From contig JBBRZP010000001.1 of NCBI GenBank assembly GCA_038236565.1, positions 17,759 to 81,758 of the forward strand: DNA of 64,000 nucleotides, given 5' to 3'. This DNA is from Burkholderiales bacterium (GTDB lineage Bacteria > Pseudomonadota > Gammaproteobacteria > Burkholderiales > Burkholderiaceae_C). The notes beneath the pieces were generated by a model. The model did no database searches, was not told where the DNA came from, and saw only the letters and a list, made by a program, of their open reading frames with translations. A program made the position numbers and the translations under genes. Numbering within the stretch: the stretch's first letter is position 1; every line of letters starts with the position of its first letter. Positions 9,351 through 19,142 of the stretch are shown here, one piece after another.

Positions 9351-9752
9351 ATGTTCTTCACGATCTTCTGCTGCATCTCCACCGGCCTGACGCTCTACTG
9401 CATCCTCAACCGCTTCAACAAGCGCACGGTCGATCTCGCCGCCAATGCGGCCGCGTACCACGTGAAGAAGGAGATGTACGAGCGGTATCAGGCGCTCGCT
9501 GCGCAGCTCGCCGCCAAGGAACGCGAGGTGAGCCGCATTCGCGAGCGGCTGAAGCTGCACGAGTCGATGTCCGCGCGCAAGGTCATGCCCGGCAGCATCC
9601 CACCGGGGGCCATCGACCTCGCGCCGCCGGGGAAGAAGAAGCCGCGCGAGGGCTTCGAGCGATTCGAGATGACGGCGCCGTTCACCGAGACCGCCTACGA
9701 CGCCTTGCTGCGGTCGACCGAGGTCGTGAAGGTCGAGCCCGTCGGGATGTAG
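9351..9752 (+). CDS. Hypothetical single-TM coiled-coil protein
   Basis: RBS GAGGA before ATG 9351; N-terminal hydrophobic helix, then a charged heptad segment. Confidence 0.6.
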   Translation: MFFTIFCCISTGLTLYCILNRFNKRTVDLAANAAAYHVKKEMYERYQALAAQLAAKEREVSRIRERLKLHESMSARKVMPGSIPPGAIDLAPPGKKKPREGFERFEMTAPFTETAYDALLRSTEVVKVEPVGM

Positions 9753-9755
9753 ATC

Positions 9756-9775
9756 GCGCGCCGATGTCGGCGCGC
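9756..9775. terminator. GC hairpin between convergent genes
   Basis: GCGCGCCGA-TG-TCGGCGCGC perfect inverted repeat; no U-tract. Confidence 0.4.
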
Positions 9776-9780
9776 TGCCG

Positions 9781-10038
9781 TCAGCTCGCCGCGCGGTAGA
9801 ACGCCTCGACGCTGCCCTTTAGGGTGATGAGGAGCGGCCGGCCCCTGCGGTCGAGGGTCTTGCCCGCGGGCACCTTGACCCAGCCTTCGCTGATGCAGTA
9901 CTCCTCCACGTCGAACCGCTCCTTGCCGTTGAGCCGGATGCCGATCGCGTGCTCGAACACCGCCGGCACGTGATGGGGGCTGCGCGGATCGACCGACAGG
10001 CGATCGGGCAGCGGGGGACGTTCGGTGGCATCGTTCAT
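9781..10038 (-). CDS. DUF3297 family protein
   Basis: LPDRLSVDPRSP...GIRLNGKER.DVEEYCISEGWVKV..GK..DRRGRPL. Confidence 0.8.
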   Translation of the reverse strand: MNDATERPPLPDRLSVDPRSPHHVPAVFEHAIGIRLNGKERFDVEEYCISEGWVKVPAGKTLDRRGRPLLITLKGSVEAFYRAAS

Positions 10039-10218
10039 GGCATGGCCTGGTCGTTCGACCGGTGGATTCTCGACCCTCGTCGTTGCCTCAACGTGCGACC
10101 CAGGCCCGAGACGACGACGGAACGTAGGACGATGCCGCCTCGTGCGTTCGGGGGGTTGATCGGCGCGCCCGTTGCCGGCATGCTGCACCACAGCAATTTC
10201 TCTCTGGGAGCCCTCTCG

Positions 10219-10404
10219 ATGGAACTGGATGAGTTGAACGGCAGGTACCACCACCTGCGCAGCGAGCTCGATGCCGCGTATTCGGAGCCGGTCTGGGACA
10301 GCACCCGGATCAATCGGATCGCCGAGGAACTCATCCCCGTCGAGCTGGCGCTCGCTTCGTTCGAATACCAGCAACCCGGCGGTGAAGGAAGCTCTCATGT
10401 CTGA
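10219..10404 (+). CDS. Small hypothetical protein (61 aa)
   Basis: RBS GGGAG, amphipathic helical sequence, lower-GC segment. Confidence 0.5.
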   Translation: MELDELNGRYHHLRSELDAAYSEPVWDSTRINRIAEELIPVELALASFEYQQPGGEGSSHV

Positions 10405-10612
10405 AGCTACGCAAGGTTCCGACGACGGCTATCAGGCGACCCCTATCGTCGAGCCCTGGGGCGATTCAGGGTGGAAAGCCGGCGTCCTTCTGAGCGGCGA
10501 CGGCGGGCGCGGCAACGGTGCGGCGAAGAGCCTGGGCGAGCAGCTGTTCGCCTCTCGGGAAGACGCCTGGCAGTTTGCCGAAACCCAGTACGGGAACCTC
10601 GGCCGAGACTGA
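10397..10612 (+). CDS. Small hypothetical protein (71 aa)
   Basis: RBS AAGGAAG; 8-nt overlap with the upstream ORF; C-terminal FASREDAWQFA. Confidence 0.5.
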   Translation: MSEATQGSDDGYQATPIVEPWGDSGWKAGVLLSGDGGRGNGAAKSLGEQLFASREDAWQFAETQYGNLGRD

Positions 10613-10630
10613 CCCGCTCGCGGCGCGCGG

Positions 10631-11902
10631 TTAGCCCGCCGCCACGCGTCTCGGCGGCTGCGGCAAGTGGGGCCAGAGCTGCGGCGCAACGCCGTGGATG
10701 AGCGCTCCCAGCAGGAGCACGCCGGCGGCGATCATCAGCGAGAGTGAAAATGCGGCGTCGACGTTGTCGATGCGCTTCAGCAGCAGGGCCACCATCGACG
10801 GCCCGAGCGCCTGCCCGAGGCTCCAGACGACAGTGACCAGCCCGGTCGTGCTCGACATCTGCAGCGGCCGCAGCCGCCGCACTTCCTGCATCGCGAAGTA
10901 GGTGATCGCCGTGAACGGCAAGCCGAGCAGGAAACTGCCGACGGCGAAGCCGGCAATGGTCGGCGCGAAGAGACCGATGCCGATGCCGACGGCCTGGACA
11001 ACGTAGGTCGACGCGAGCACGAGCCGCAGATCCCCGTTGACGCGAACGCGCGTCGCGAGCAGGGCGCCGAGGATCACGCCGAAACCGAAGATCGGCCAGA
11101 ACAGATCGAGCCAGGCCGATCCCGGCAGTGCCGCGCGCGCGATCACCGGCAGGAAGGTCGCGGTGACGATGTAGCCGAAGCCGGCCAGGCCGTAGGCGAA
11201 GGCGAGGGTCGCGACTTCGGCGCTCGAATGCGGCTCGGCGGCGACCGCGCTGGCGCTCGACACCTCGCCGTCCGGGCCCACCGCTGGCGCCGGTGCGCCG
11301 CCGGTCGGTCGCGCGGCATCGACGCCGGGCCGGAAGACGCGCCACACCGCGGCGCTCAGGATCAGCGCCAGCGCCGCGAACACCATCCACGCCGCGCTGG
11401 CCTTCCAGTGGAGCGCGACCATCGCACTCGCGAAGAGCCCGCTCGCGACGATGCCGAGACCCGGACCCACGAACATCAGGCCGCCGAGCGCGGCCCGGCC
11501 TCGCGCCGCGATTTGCGAGAGGCACCAGGTCGACGAGTAGACGAAGACCAGCGCGCTCGCGATGCCCGCGGCGAATCGCAGCAGCGGCCAGAGAGCCGGC
11601 GTCGGCAAGGCCATGCCGAGCGTCAGCACCGTCGTCGCGACGAGGCCGATGCGGGTCATCGCCGGCGCGTCGACGGCGGGGAGCCGCGGCATGCGCGACC
11701 AGATCCGCGGCTGCAGCGTACACAGCAAGGCACCGGTGAGATAGCCGATGTAGTTCGCGCTCGCCAGCCAGCTCGCGGAGCGGAGGTCGACGACGCCGTC
11801 GTGCAGCATCATCGGCAGGATCGGCGTGAAGGCGAAGCGGCCGATGCCCATCGCGACGGCGAGCGCGACCAGGCCGGCGGCGGCGAAGGCGAGCGCGCTC
11901 AA
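10631..11902 (-). CDS. YbfB/YjiJ family MFS transporter
   Basis: AVAMGIGRFAFTPILPMM, LASANYIGYLTGA, AYGLAGFGYIVTATFLP; TTG start overlaps the lactonase stop. Confidence 0.87.
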   Translation of the reverse strand: MSALAFAAAGLVALAVAMGIGRFAFTPILPMMLHDGVVDLRSASWLASANYIGYLTGALLCTLQPRIWSRMPRLPAVDAPAMTRIGLVATTVLTLGMALPTPALWPLLRFAAGIASALVFVYSSTWCLSQIAARGRAALGGLMFVGPGLGIVASGLFASAMVALHWKASAAWMVFAALALILSAAVWRVFRPGVDAARPTGGAPAPAVGPDGEVSSASAVAAEPHSSAEVATLAFAYGLAGFGYIVTATFLPVIARAALPGSAWLDLFWPIFGFGVILGALLATRVRVNGDLRLVLASTYVVQAVGIGIGLFAPTIAGFAVGSFLLGLPFTAITYFAMQEVRRLRPLQMSSTTGLVTVVWSLGQALGPSMVALLLKRIDNVDAAFSLSLMIAAGVLLLGALIHGVAPQLWPHLPQPPRRVAAG

Positions 11903-12918
11903 GCCGGCAGCTCGACGATCTCGACCCAGTTCGGATTCGTGCCGACGGGCTGCTCGCCGCGCTTGTCGAGCGCGCCGGTGAGGGGATCGATGGCGTAGCG
12001 GCTGAGCCGGTGCGAGGCCTGGCCGACGGCGATGAGGGAACGGCCGTCGGGCGCGATCGCGAAGCCGCGCGGCTCGGTTTCGGTCGGGGTCGAGCCGAGC
12101 GGCGTGAGCGCGCCGCTCTGCGCATCGACGGCGAACGCGGCGATCGTGCTCGAGCGGCGCTCGCTGGCGTAGAGAAAGCGAGCGTCGGGCGTGAGATGGA
12201 TGTCGGCGGCCCACGGCGCGCCGCCCGCGAAGCCGGACGCCAGGGCGGCGGCGACTTGTCGTCCGCCGCCGAGCACGCCGCGCTCGCGCTCGAGCGGGAT
12301 CACGTCGATCGACGCGTCGAGCTCGTTGAGCAGGTAGACCAGCGGAAGCGTCGGATGGAAGACGAAGTGGCGCGGGCCTGCGCCCGGTCGGGCGCGCCAG
12401 GCCGGCGGGTCGTTGGCGTCGAGACGACCGGTCGCGGCGTCGAAGCGCATCTGCCGGATCACCTCGCCCCCGAGGCAGGCCGCGAACGCGAACCGACCCG
12501 ACGGATCGACCCGGATCGCGTGCGCGTTGGCCTCGGTGGCGACGGTCTGCTGTGCTTCGCGGACGACGCCGTCGGCGCCGATCGGGCTCACGGCGACCAA
12601 GCTCGCTCCGTACGACGCCGAGAGCAGGAAGCGGCCGCCCGGTTCGGTCGAGATCCAGCACATGCTCGCCGGCAGGATCGCGCTGCCGGCGTCGGTCAGT
12701 CGTCCGCTCGCCGGATCGATGGCCAGCGAGTGGACGCGAAACGGCGCCGAGCGAAGCGACGCGTACAGCATGCGGCGATCGGGGCTCACGGCGAGCGGCA
12801 TCACGGTGCCGCCGACGGCGAAGCGCTCGATCTCCGCGAGCGCGCCACTCGAATCGTCGAGCGCGAGCACGGAGATGTCGTGGCTGTCGGCGTTGGCGAC
12901 GTAGACGATCGTGCTCAT
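11899..12918 (-). CDS. Lactonase, 7-bladed beta-propeller (6-phosphogluconolactonase Pgl-like family)
   Basis: [52 protein letters not shown]. Confidence 0.87.
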   Translation of the reverse strand: MSTIVYVANADSHDISVLALDDSSGALAEIERFAVGGTVMPLAVSPDRRMLYASLRSAPFRVHSLAIDPASGRLTDAGSAILPASMCWISTEPGGRFLLSASYGASLVAVSPIGADGVVREAQQTVATEANAHAIRVDPSGRFAFAACLGGEVIRQMRFDAATGRLDANDPPAWRARPGAGPRHFVFHPTLPLVYLLNELDASIDVIPLERERGVLGGGRQVAAALASGFAGGAPWAADIHLTPDARFLYASERRSSTIAAFAVDAQSGALTPLGSTPTETEPRGFAIAPDGRSLIAVGQASHRLSRYAIDPLTGALDKRGEQPVGTNPNWVEIVELPA

Positions 12919-14603
12919 TCCCGCGGCCCCGAATGCGTGACCGCGCCGAGATGCGCCGGGCCGACCAGTCGCGCGTACTTCTCGAGCACGCCGCTGAGGT
13001 GCTCGACCTGGCGCGGCCGCCAGGCGTCGCGTCGGCGCGCCAGCTCGTCGGCGCCGATGCGCAGCTCGAGCGTGCGCGCTTCGCCGTCGATCGCGATCCT
13101 GTCCCCGTCCTGCACCAGCGCGATCGGCCCGCCGAGCGCCGCCTCGGGCCCGATGTAGCCGACCATGAGGCCGCGCGTCGCGCCCGAGAAGCGGCCGTCG
13201 GTGAGGAGCGCCACCTTCTCGCCCATGCCCTGGCCGTAGACCAGCGCGGTGACGCCCAGCATCTCGCGCATTCCCGGCCCGCCGCGCGGACCTTCGTTGC
13301 GGATGACGAGCACGTCGCCTTCGGCATAGGCGCGCGAGGTGACGGCGGCGAAGGCGTCCTCCTCGCACTCGAAGACGCGCGCCGGACCCTCGAACACGCT
13401 CGACTTGAGGCCAGCGATCTTGATCAACGCGCCGTCGGGCGCGAGATTGCCCTTCAGCACGACGACGCCGCCGGTCGCGCTCAAGGCGTTCGCTCGCGCG
13501 CGGACGACCTCGCCATCGGCATCGGGGGCCGATTCGAGCTCGGCCGCCAGCGTCCGTCCGGACAGCGCGAGCGTGTCGCCGTGAAGGTGGCCGCCATCGA
13601 GCAGCACCTTCAGCACGGCCGCGACGCCGCCGACGCGATGCAGGTCGATCGCCAGGAAGCGGCCGCCCGGCTGCAGGTCGGCGACGAGCGGCGTGCGCGC
13701 GAACACGTCGGCGACGTCGTCGAGCGTGAAGCGCACACCGGCCTCGTGGGCGATCGCCGGCAGGTGCAGGCCGGCGTTGGTCGAGCCGCCCGTCGCGGCG
13801 ACCGCGGCGCAGGCGTTCTCGAGCGACTCCCGCGTGATCAGGTCGCGCGGCAGCGGCCCGCCCTCGCGCACGATCTCGGTCGCGCGCCGGCCGGCGCGTC
13901 GCGCCAGCGCCAGGCGCTCCGTGTAGACCGCCGGCAGCATCGCCGAGCCGGGCAGCGCGAGGCCGAGCGTCTCGGCGACCATCGCCATCGTGTTGGCGGT
14001 GAACTGGCCGGGGCACGAGCCGAGCGTCGGCGCGCAGGCGTGGCCGAGCTCGTCGAGCTCGGCTTCGGTCATCTTGCCCGCGAGTACCGAGCCCACGCCT
14101 TCGTAGGTGGTGAGGATGGTGACGTCCTTGCCGCGCCAGTGGCCGGGGAGCATCGCTCCGCCATAGACGAAGACGCTCGGCACGTTGACGCGCGCCATCG
14201 CCATCATCACGCCGGGCAGCGTCTTGTCGCAGCCGGCGAAGCCGACCAGCGCGTCGTAGGCGTGGGCCTGCATCACCGCCTCGATCGAGTCGGCGATCAG
14301 CTCGCGCGAGACCAGGCTCATGCGCATGCCGCGGTGGTTCATCGACACGCCGTCGGACACCGAGATGGTCGTGAACGGCACCGCGACGCCCTGGCCCGCG
14401 GCAACGCCGAGCCGCGCCGCGTCGGCCTGCGGCCCGAGCGACATCGAGCACGGCGTGTTCTCGCCGTGCTGGCTGACGATGCCCACGATCGGCTTGTCGA
14501 AGTCCTCGTCGGCCATGCCGGTGGCGCGCAGGAAGGCGCGATGCGGCGCGCGGTCGAGGCCCTCCTTGATGATCGACGAGCGGAGCTTCTTGGGGGCTGT
14601 CAT
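12915..14603 (-). CDS. ilvD: IlvD/Edd family [Fe-S] dihydroxy-acid (or sugar-acid) dehydratase
   Basis: [54 protein letters not shown]; substrate uncertain. Confidence 0.8.
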   Translation of the reverse strand: MTAPKKLRSSIIKEGLDRAPHRAFLRATGMADEDFDKPIVGIVSQHGENTPCSMSLGPQADAARLGVAAGQGVAVPFTTISVSDGVSMNHRGMRMSLVSRELIADSIEAVMQAHAYDALVGFAGCDKTLPGVMMAMARVNVPSVFVYGGAMLPGHWRGKDVTILTTYEGVGSVLAGKMTEAELDELGHACAPTLGSCPGQFTANTMAMVAETLGLALPGSAMLPAVYTERLALARRAGRRATEIVREGGPLPRDLITRESLENACAAVAATGGSTNAGLHLPAIAHEAGVRFTLDDVADVFARTPLVADLQPGGRFLAIDLHRVGGVAAVLKVLLDGGHLHGDTLALSGRTLAAELESAPDADGEVVRARANALSATGGVVVLKGNLAPDGALIKIAGLKSSVFEGPARVFECEEDAFAAVTSRAYAEGDVLVIRNEGPRGGPGMREMLGVTALVYGQGMGEKVALLTDGRFSGATRGLMVGYIGPEAALGGPIALVQDGDRIAIDGEARTLELRIGADELARRRDAWRPRQVEHLSGVLEKYARLVGPAHLGAVTHSGPRE

Positions 14604-15414
14604 GCGGGGCGCGTCGCTCCGGGCGTGATCTCGGTGTGCGTCGTCCGCTCGATCCAGCGCGCGAGTTCGCTCACGCTCGCCTCGGGCGCGGCATCGCGGA
14701 CGGCGGCGTTCCAGAGCTCGCCGCCGAGCGTCGAGAACGGCGCCGGCACGTCGGCGTCGCGGACGACGCGCAAGGCGATGCCGATGCCCTTCAGCATCAG
14801 CGCGAGCTTGAACGGATCGTCGAACCTGCGGCTCAGCACGCGCTGGCGGATGTGCGTCTGCGACACCCACGACATGCCGGTCGAGCGATCGGGCACGTCG
14901 ACCATCGCCGCCGGGTCGAGGCCACAGCGCTTGCCGATCACCAGGCCTTCGCTGACGGCGAGGAAGTTCATCGCCGTGACCATGTTGTTGCGACTCTTCA
15001 TCGCGTGGCCGCGCCGAGCGGGCCGAGATGGAACACCGCCTGGCCCATGCAGTCGAGGAGCGGCAGCGCGCGCTGGAGATCGGCGGCCGCCCCGCCGCAC
15101 ATGAAGACGAGCTCAGCGGCCTGTGCGCCCCACTCGGCGCCCGAGACCGGCTCGTCCATCATCGCCACGCCGATCTCGCCGAGGCGCGCACCGGTGACTT
15201 CGGTGAGCCAGGGCTCCACACGCCGGTCGCGCTCGCGGCGCGCAGCGACATCGACGGCGACCGCGCCTTCCAGCGTCGCCGCGATTTCGGCCGCGCGGCC
15301 GGCGACGCTGTCGTGCAGCGTCATCGCATAGCCGGCACGGACGAGATGCGAGGCCATCGGTCGGCCCATCACGCCGAGGCCCGCGAAGCCGACCGCCGGA
15401 TTGCTGGTATTCAT
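14600..15414 (-). pseudogene. Degraded 3-hydroxyisobutyrate/tartronate-semialdehyde dehydrogenase family gene
   Basis: GLGVMGRPMA N-terminus and D(E)PVSG in one frame; GHAMKxxNN and the C-terminal domain in another (1-nt deletion near 15010); the internal VITMLP...DTS segment is missing. Confidence 0.78.
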
Positions 15415-15476
15415 GGTGTTGAGGGTTAACGAGGGCTCGCCGACGGCTTGCGTGCCGGCAAGCTCCGACCCGCCGG

Positions 15477-15494
15477 CGCTCGCTGCAGCGAGCG
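15477..15494. promoter_or_regulatory. Perfect 18-bp palindrome in the divergent intergenic region (possible operator)
   Basis: CGCTCGCTGCAGCGAGCG. Confidence 0.3.
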
Positions 15495-15559
15495 GGTGCC
15501 GAGCGAGGGAACGATACACTTTTCGCGCGCTTCGCCGCGCCCAGCGGAGACCATTCCAG

Positions 15560-16591
15560 ATGAAGTCATTGCGGATCATTGCGTCGCTTGCCATCGCCTC
15601 GGCGCTGGCCGGATTCACCGGCGCCGCAGCGGCGCAGACCGTGCTCACGATGTCGAGCTGGGTCGGGCCCACTCACCTGCTGACCCGCGACGTGCTCGTC
15701 GCCTGGGCCAACTCGGTCGAGAAGGCGACCAACGGCCGGGTCAAGTTCCAGATGCTGCCCAAGGCTCCGTCGGCAGCCCCCGGCACGTTCGACGCGGTTC
15801 GCGACGGCCTGGTCGACGTTTCCTATGTCACCGCAAGCTACACGCCGGCGCGCCATCCGCTGCCGCTCATCGCCGAGCTGCCCGGCGCCGGCGCGACGGC
15901 CGAGATCAACTCGGTCGCCTTCTCGCGTATCCATTGGAAGTACCTGCAGGCGGCTAACGAGTACAAGGGCGTCAAGTTGCTCGGCGTCTTCACGCACGGG
16001 CCCGGGCAGATGTTCCTTGTCAACAAGAAGGCGACCTCGGTCGCCGACCTCGCGGGGCTCAAGATCCGCACCGGCGGCGGCATCGCCGAGCAGTCGGCGA
16101 AGGCGCTCGGCGCCTCGCCCTTCGTCAAGCCGGCGCCCGAGTCGTACGAGCTGCTGTCGGCAGGCGTCGCCGACGGCACCTTCTTTCCCTCCGAGTCGAT
16201 CAAGTCCTTCAACCTCGACAAGGTGGTCCACTTCGCGACCTTCTTCCCCGGCGGCTTCTACTCGTCGTCGTTCGGCTTCTTCATGAACGAGGACAAGTGG
16301 AACAAGCTGCCGAAGCAGGACCAGGACGCGATCATGTCGGTCTCGGGCGAGGTTCTCGCACGCCTGGCCGGCAAGGCCTGGGACGCGGCCGACAAGGTCG
16401 GCATCGAGGCGATGAAGGCGGCCAGCGTCGACATCACCGAGGCCAGCCCGGCGTTCGTCGCCGACGTGCAGAAGCGCACCGCGCCGCTGGTCCAGGCGTG
16501 GATCAAGTCGGCCGACGCGAAGGGCATCGACGGTGCCAAGGTCTACGCCGAGTTCCACGAAGAGCTGAAGCGCGTCGCTGCCGGCAAATGA
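15560..16591 (+). CDS. dctP: TRAP transporter substrate-binding protein DctP
   Basis: Signal peptide, TNGRVK, DLAGLKIRTGG, YELLSAGVADG, MNEDKWNKLP. Confidence 0.9.
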   Translation: MKSLRIIASLAIASALAGFTGAAAAQTVLTMSSWVGPTHLLTRDVLVAWANSVEKATNGRVKFQMLPKAPSAAPGTFDAVRDGLVDVSYVTASYTPARHPLPLIAELPGAGATAEINSVAFSRIHWKYLQAANEYKGVKLLGVFTHGPGQMFLVNKKATSVADLAGLKIRTGGGIAEQSAKALGASPFVKPAPESYELLSAGVADGTFFPSESIKSFNLDKVVHFATFFPGGFYSSSFGFFMNEDKWNKLPKQDQDAIMSVSGEVLARLAGKAWDAADKVGIEAMKAASVDITEASPAFVADVQKRTAPLVQAWIKSADAKGIDGAKVYAEFHEELKRVAAGK

Positions 16592-17337
16592 GCCCGGGCA
16601 GCGCCTCGGCGGAGGATCCGCGCCGGGCGCTGACCCGCTCGGCCTGGATCCTGGCCGATGAAGGCCACGAGTCCGGCCTCGCCGGCCAGCTGACGGCGCG
16701 CGGCCCGCGCGACGGAACGTTCTGGACGCTGCCGCTCGGCCTAGCCTTCGACGAGGCCGAGGAAGCGTCGTGGCTGCTCATCGACGACGACCTGGCCGTG
16801 CTCGAGGGCGACGGCTCGTACGGCATCCGCGAACCGAACCCGGCGACCCGCTTTCACCTCTGGGTCTACCGCGCGCGTCGTAACGTGCGGGCGATCGTCC
16901 ACACCCATCCGCCCGCCGCCTCGGCCCTCGCCGCGGCCGGGCACGAGATCGTCGTCGCGCACATGGACTCGACGCCGCTGTTCGACGACTGCGCCTTCCT
17001 GGCGGACTGGCCCGGGCTGCCGACGGCCGACCGAGAAGGCGAGCTGATCGCCGCCGCCCTGGGGGCGAAGCACGCGCTGCTGCTCGCCCACCACGGCCTG
17101 CTCAGCGCGGGCAGGAGCGTCGCCGAGGCGAGCTTTCTCGCTGTCTTCATGGAGCGCACGGCGCGGCTGCAGATCGACGCCGCGCCGCTCGGCGGCGTGC
17201 GGCCGATCGACGCCGCCGAGGCGACCCGGGCGCGCGACTTCCTGCGCAGCGATCGCATCGTCGAGGCGACCTTCGCCGCGTGGTCGCGGCGCGCCGAGCG
17301 GCGCCGCGCCCGTTCGCCCGCGGGCGGGAGCGCGTGA
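16588..17337 (+). CDS. Class II aldolase/adducin family protein
   Basis: SGLAGQLTAR, NPATRFH, VHTHPP, LAHHG; ATGA overlap with dctP. Confidence 0.87.
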   Translation: MSPGSASAEDPRRALTRSAWILADEGHESGLAGQLTARGPRDGTFWTLPLGLAFDEAEEASWLLIDDDLAVLEGDGSYGIREPNPATRFHLWVYRARRNVRAIVHTHPPAASALAAAGHEIVVAHMDSTPLFDDCAFLADWPGLPTADREGELIAAALGAKHALLLAHHGLLSAGRSVAEASFLAVFMERTARLQIDAAPLGGVRPIDAAEATRARDFLRSDRIVEATFAAWSRRAERRRARSPAGGSA

Positions 17338-17837
17338 AGACGGGTGCGCGGCGCTGGCTCGAGGCGGCCCTCGGCGCCGCCTCGGCGCTGGTGCTGTTCG
17401 CGATGATGATGGTGACGGCCATCGACGTTGCCGGCCGCTACCTGTTGGACAAGCCGCTGCCCGGCGGCTTCGAGATGACGGAGATGATGCTCGCCGCGCT
17501 CATCTACTGCGGCCTGCCGCTCGTCTCGGAGCGGCGCGAGCACATCGTCATCGACACCCTCGACCCGTTCTTTGCAGCGCGCTTCAAGCGCGCCCTCGAC
17601 GTCGTCGCCGATGTCGTCTCCTTCGCCACGCTGGCCGGCCTCGGCTGGCTCATCTTCGAGCGCGCCCAGCGCGTCGCCGGCTACGGCGACACGACCGCCG
17701 TGCTGAAGCTGCCGCTCGCGCCGGTGGCCTACCTGATGGCGACGATGATTGCCGTCACAGCGCTGATCCACCTCGTCCTCGTCTTCGTCCCGCAGCCGGT
17801 GACGCAGCAGGCGCGAGAGCGCGAAGAGCGTCGATGA
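17334..17837 (+). CDS. dctQ: TRAP small permease DctQ
   Basis: Four TM segments, DVAGRY, E.TE, HIVID. Confidence 0.87.
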   Translation: MKTGARRWLEAALGAASALVLFAMMMVTAIDVAGRYLLDKPLPGGFEMTEMMLAALIYCGLPLVSERREHIVIDTLDPFFAARFKRALDVVADVVSFATLAGLGWLIFERAQRVAGYGDTTAVLKLPLAPVAYLMATMIAVTALIHLVLVFVPQPVTQQAREREERR

Positions 17838-19129
17838 CCGAGGCCTTCGTCGCCCTAGCGGGCATGCTCGTGATGGCGTTCCTGCGCCTGCCGATCGCCT
17901 TCGCGATGGGCCTGGCCGGCTTTCTCGGCCTGTGGTGGATGCGCGGCCTCGGCCCGTCGATGGCCTCGGCGACGACCGTGGTCTACGAATCGGGCTTCCA
18001 GTACACGCTGTCGGTCGTGCCGCTCTTCATCCTGATGGGCAACTTCGTCACCCGTGCCGGCATGTCGAAGGAGCTCTACCGCGCCGCATACACCTTCGTC
18101 GGCCACCTGCGCGGCGGCCTGGCGATGGCGACCGTGCTGGCGTGCGGCGGCTTCGGCGCGATCTGCGGATCGTCGATCGCCACCTCGGCGACGATGACCA
18201 AGGTCGCGTACCCGTCGATGCGCGCCCACCACTACGCCGACTACCTGGCGGCCGGCTCGATCGCCGCCGGCGGCACGCTCGGCATCCTGATCCCGCCGTC
18301 GACGCTGATGGTCATCTACGGGATCATCACCGACACCAGCATCGGCAAGCTGTTCGCCGCCGGCGTCCTGCCCGGCCTGGTCGCGATCGTCCTGCTGTGC
18401 CTCGCGGTCCAGTACATGACCTGGCGCGACCCGGAGGCGGGTCCGCGCGCCGAGCGGGCGAGCTGGCGCGAGCGGCTTGACGCGTTCAAGGACGTCTGGG
18501 CGGTCGCGGCGCTCTTTGTCATCGTCATGGGCGGCATCTACGGCGGCGTCTTCACCGCCACCGAAGGCGCCGGCATCGGCGCCTTCGGCGCCTTCGTCTT
18601 CGCGCTGCTGCGCCGGACGCTGACGCCCCGGGTGCTGTTCGAGGTGCTTGTCGAGAGCGCGCGGACGACGGCGATGCTGTTCATGATCCTGGTCGGCGCG
18701 CTCATCTTCACCAACTTCCTCAACTACACGACGATGCCGGGCGACCTGAAGACGCTGGTGCTGCGCTACTCGCTGCACCCGGTCGCCGTCATGGCGGCCA
18801 TCTGCGTCATCTATGTCGTCCTCGGCACGGTGATGGAGGAGCTCTCGATCATCCTGCTCACGGTGCCGGTCTTCTTCCCGCTCGTCGTCAGCCTCGGCTT
18901 CGACCCGGTCTGGTTCGGCATCATCATCGTCGTCGTCGTCCAGATTGGCCTGATCAGCCCGCCGGTCGGCATGAACATGTTCGTCGTGAAGAACATGCTC
19001 CCCGAGATCGAGACGAAGGCGATCTTTCGCGGCGTCACGCCGTTCGTCGTCGCCGAGATCGTGCTGCTCGCCATCGTCGTCGCCTTCCCCTGGCTGAGCC
19101 TGGCGCTGCCGAGGATGATGAAGCTCTGA
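17834..19129 (+). CDS. dctM: TRAP large permease DctM
   Basis: VPLFILMG, GSSIAT, GTLGILIPPS, FTATE, ISPPVG. Confidence 0.92.
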   Translation: MTEAFVALAGMLVMAFLRLPIAFAMGLAGFLGLWWMRGLGPSMASATTVVYESGFQYTLSVVPLFILMGNFVTRAGMSKELYRAAYTFVGHLRGGLAMATVLACGGFGAICGSSIATSATMTKVAYPSMRAHHYADYLAAGSIAAGGTLGILIPPSTLMVIYGIITDTSIGKLFAAGVLPGLVAIVLLCLAVQYMTWRDPEAGPRAERASWRERLDAFKDVWAVAALFVIVMGGIYGGVFTATEGAGIGAFGAFVFALLRRTLTPRVLFEVLVESARTTAMLFMILVGALIFTNFLNYTTMPGDLKTLVLRYSLHPVAVMAAICVIYVVLGTVMEELSIILLTVPVFFPLVVSLGFDPVWFGIIIVVVVQIGLISPPVGMNMFVVKNMLPEIETKAIFRGVTPFVVAEIVLLAIVVAFPWLSLALPRMMKL

Positions 19130-19142
19130 GGCGCGGTCCGGT

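Noticed and set aside
14998-15020. Programmed frameshift in the dehydrogenase gene
   Set aside because: No slippery sequence, and additional lesions indicate pseudogenisation
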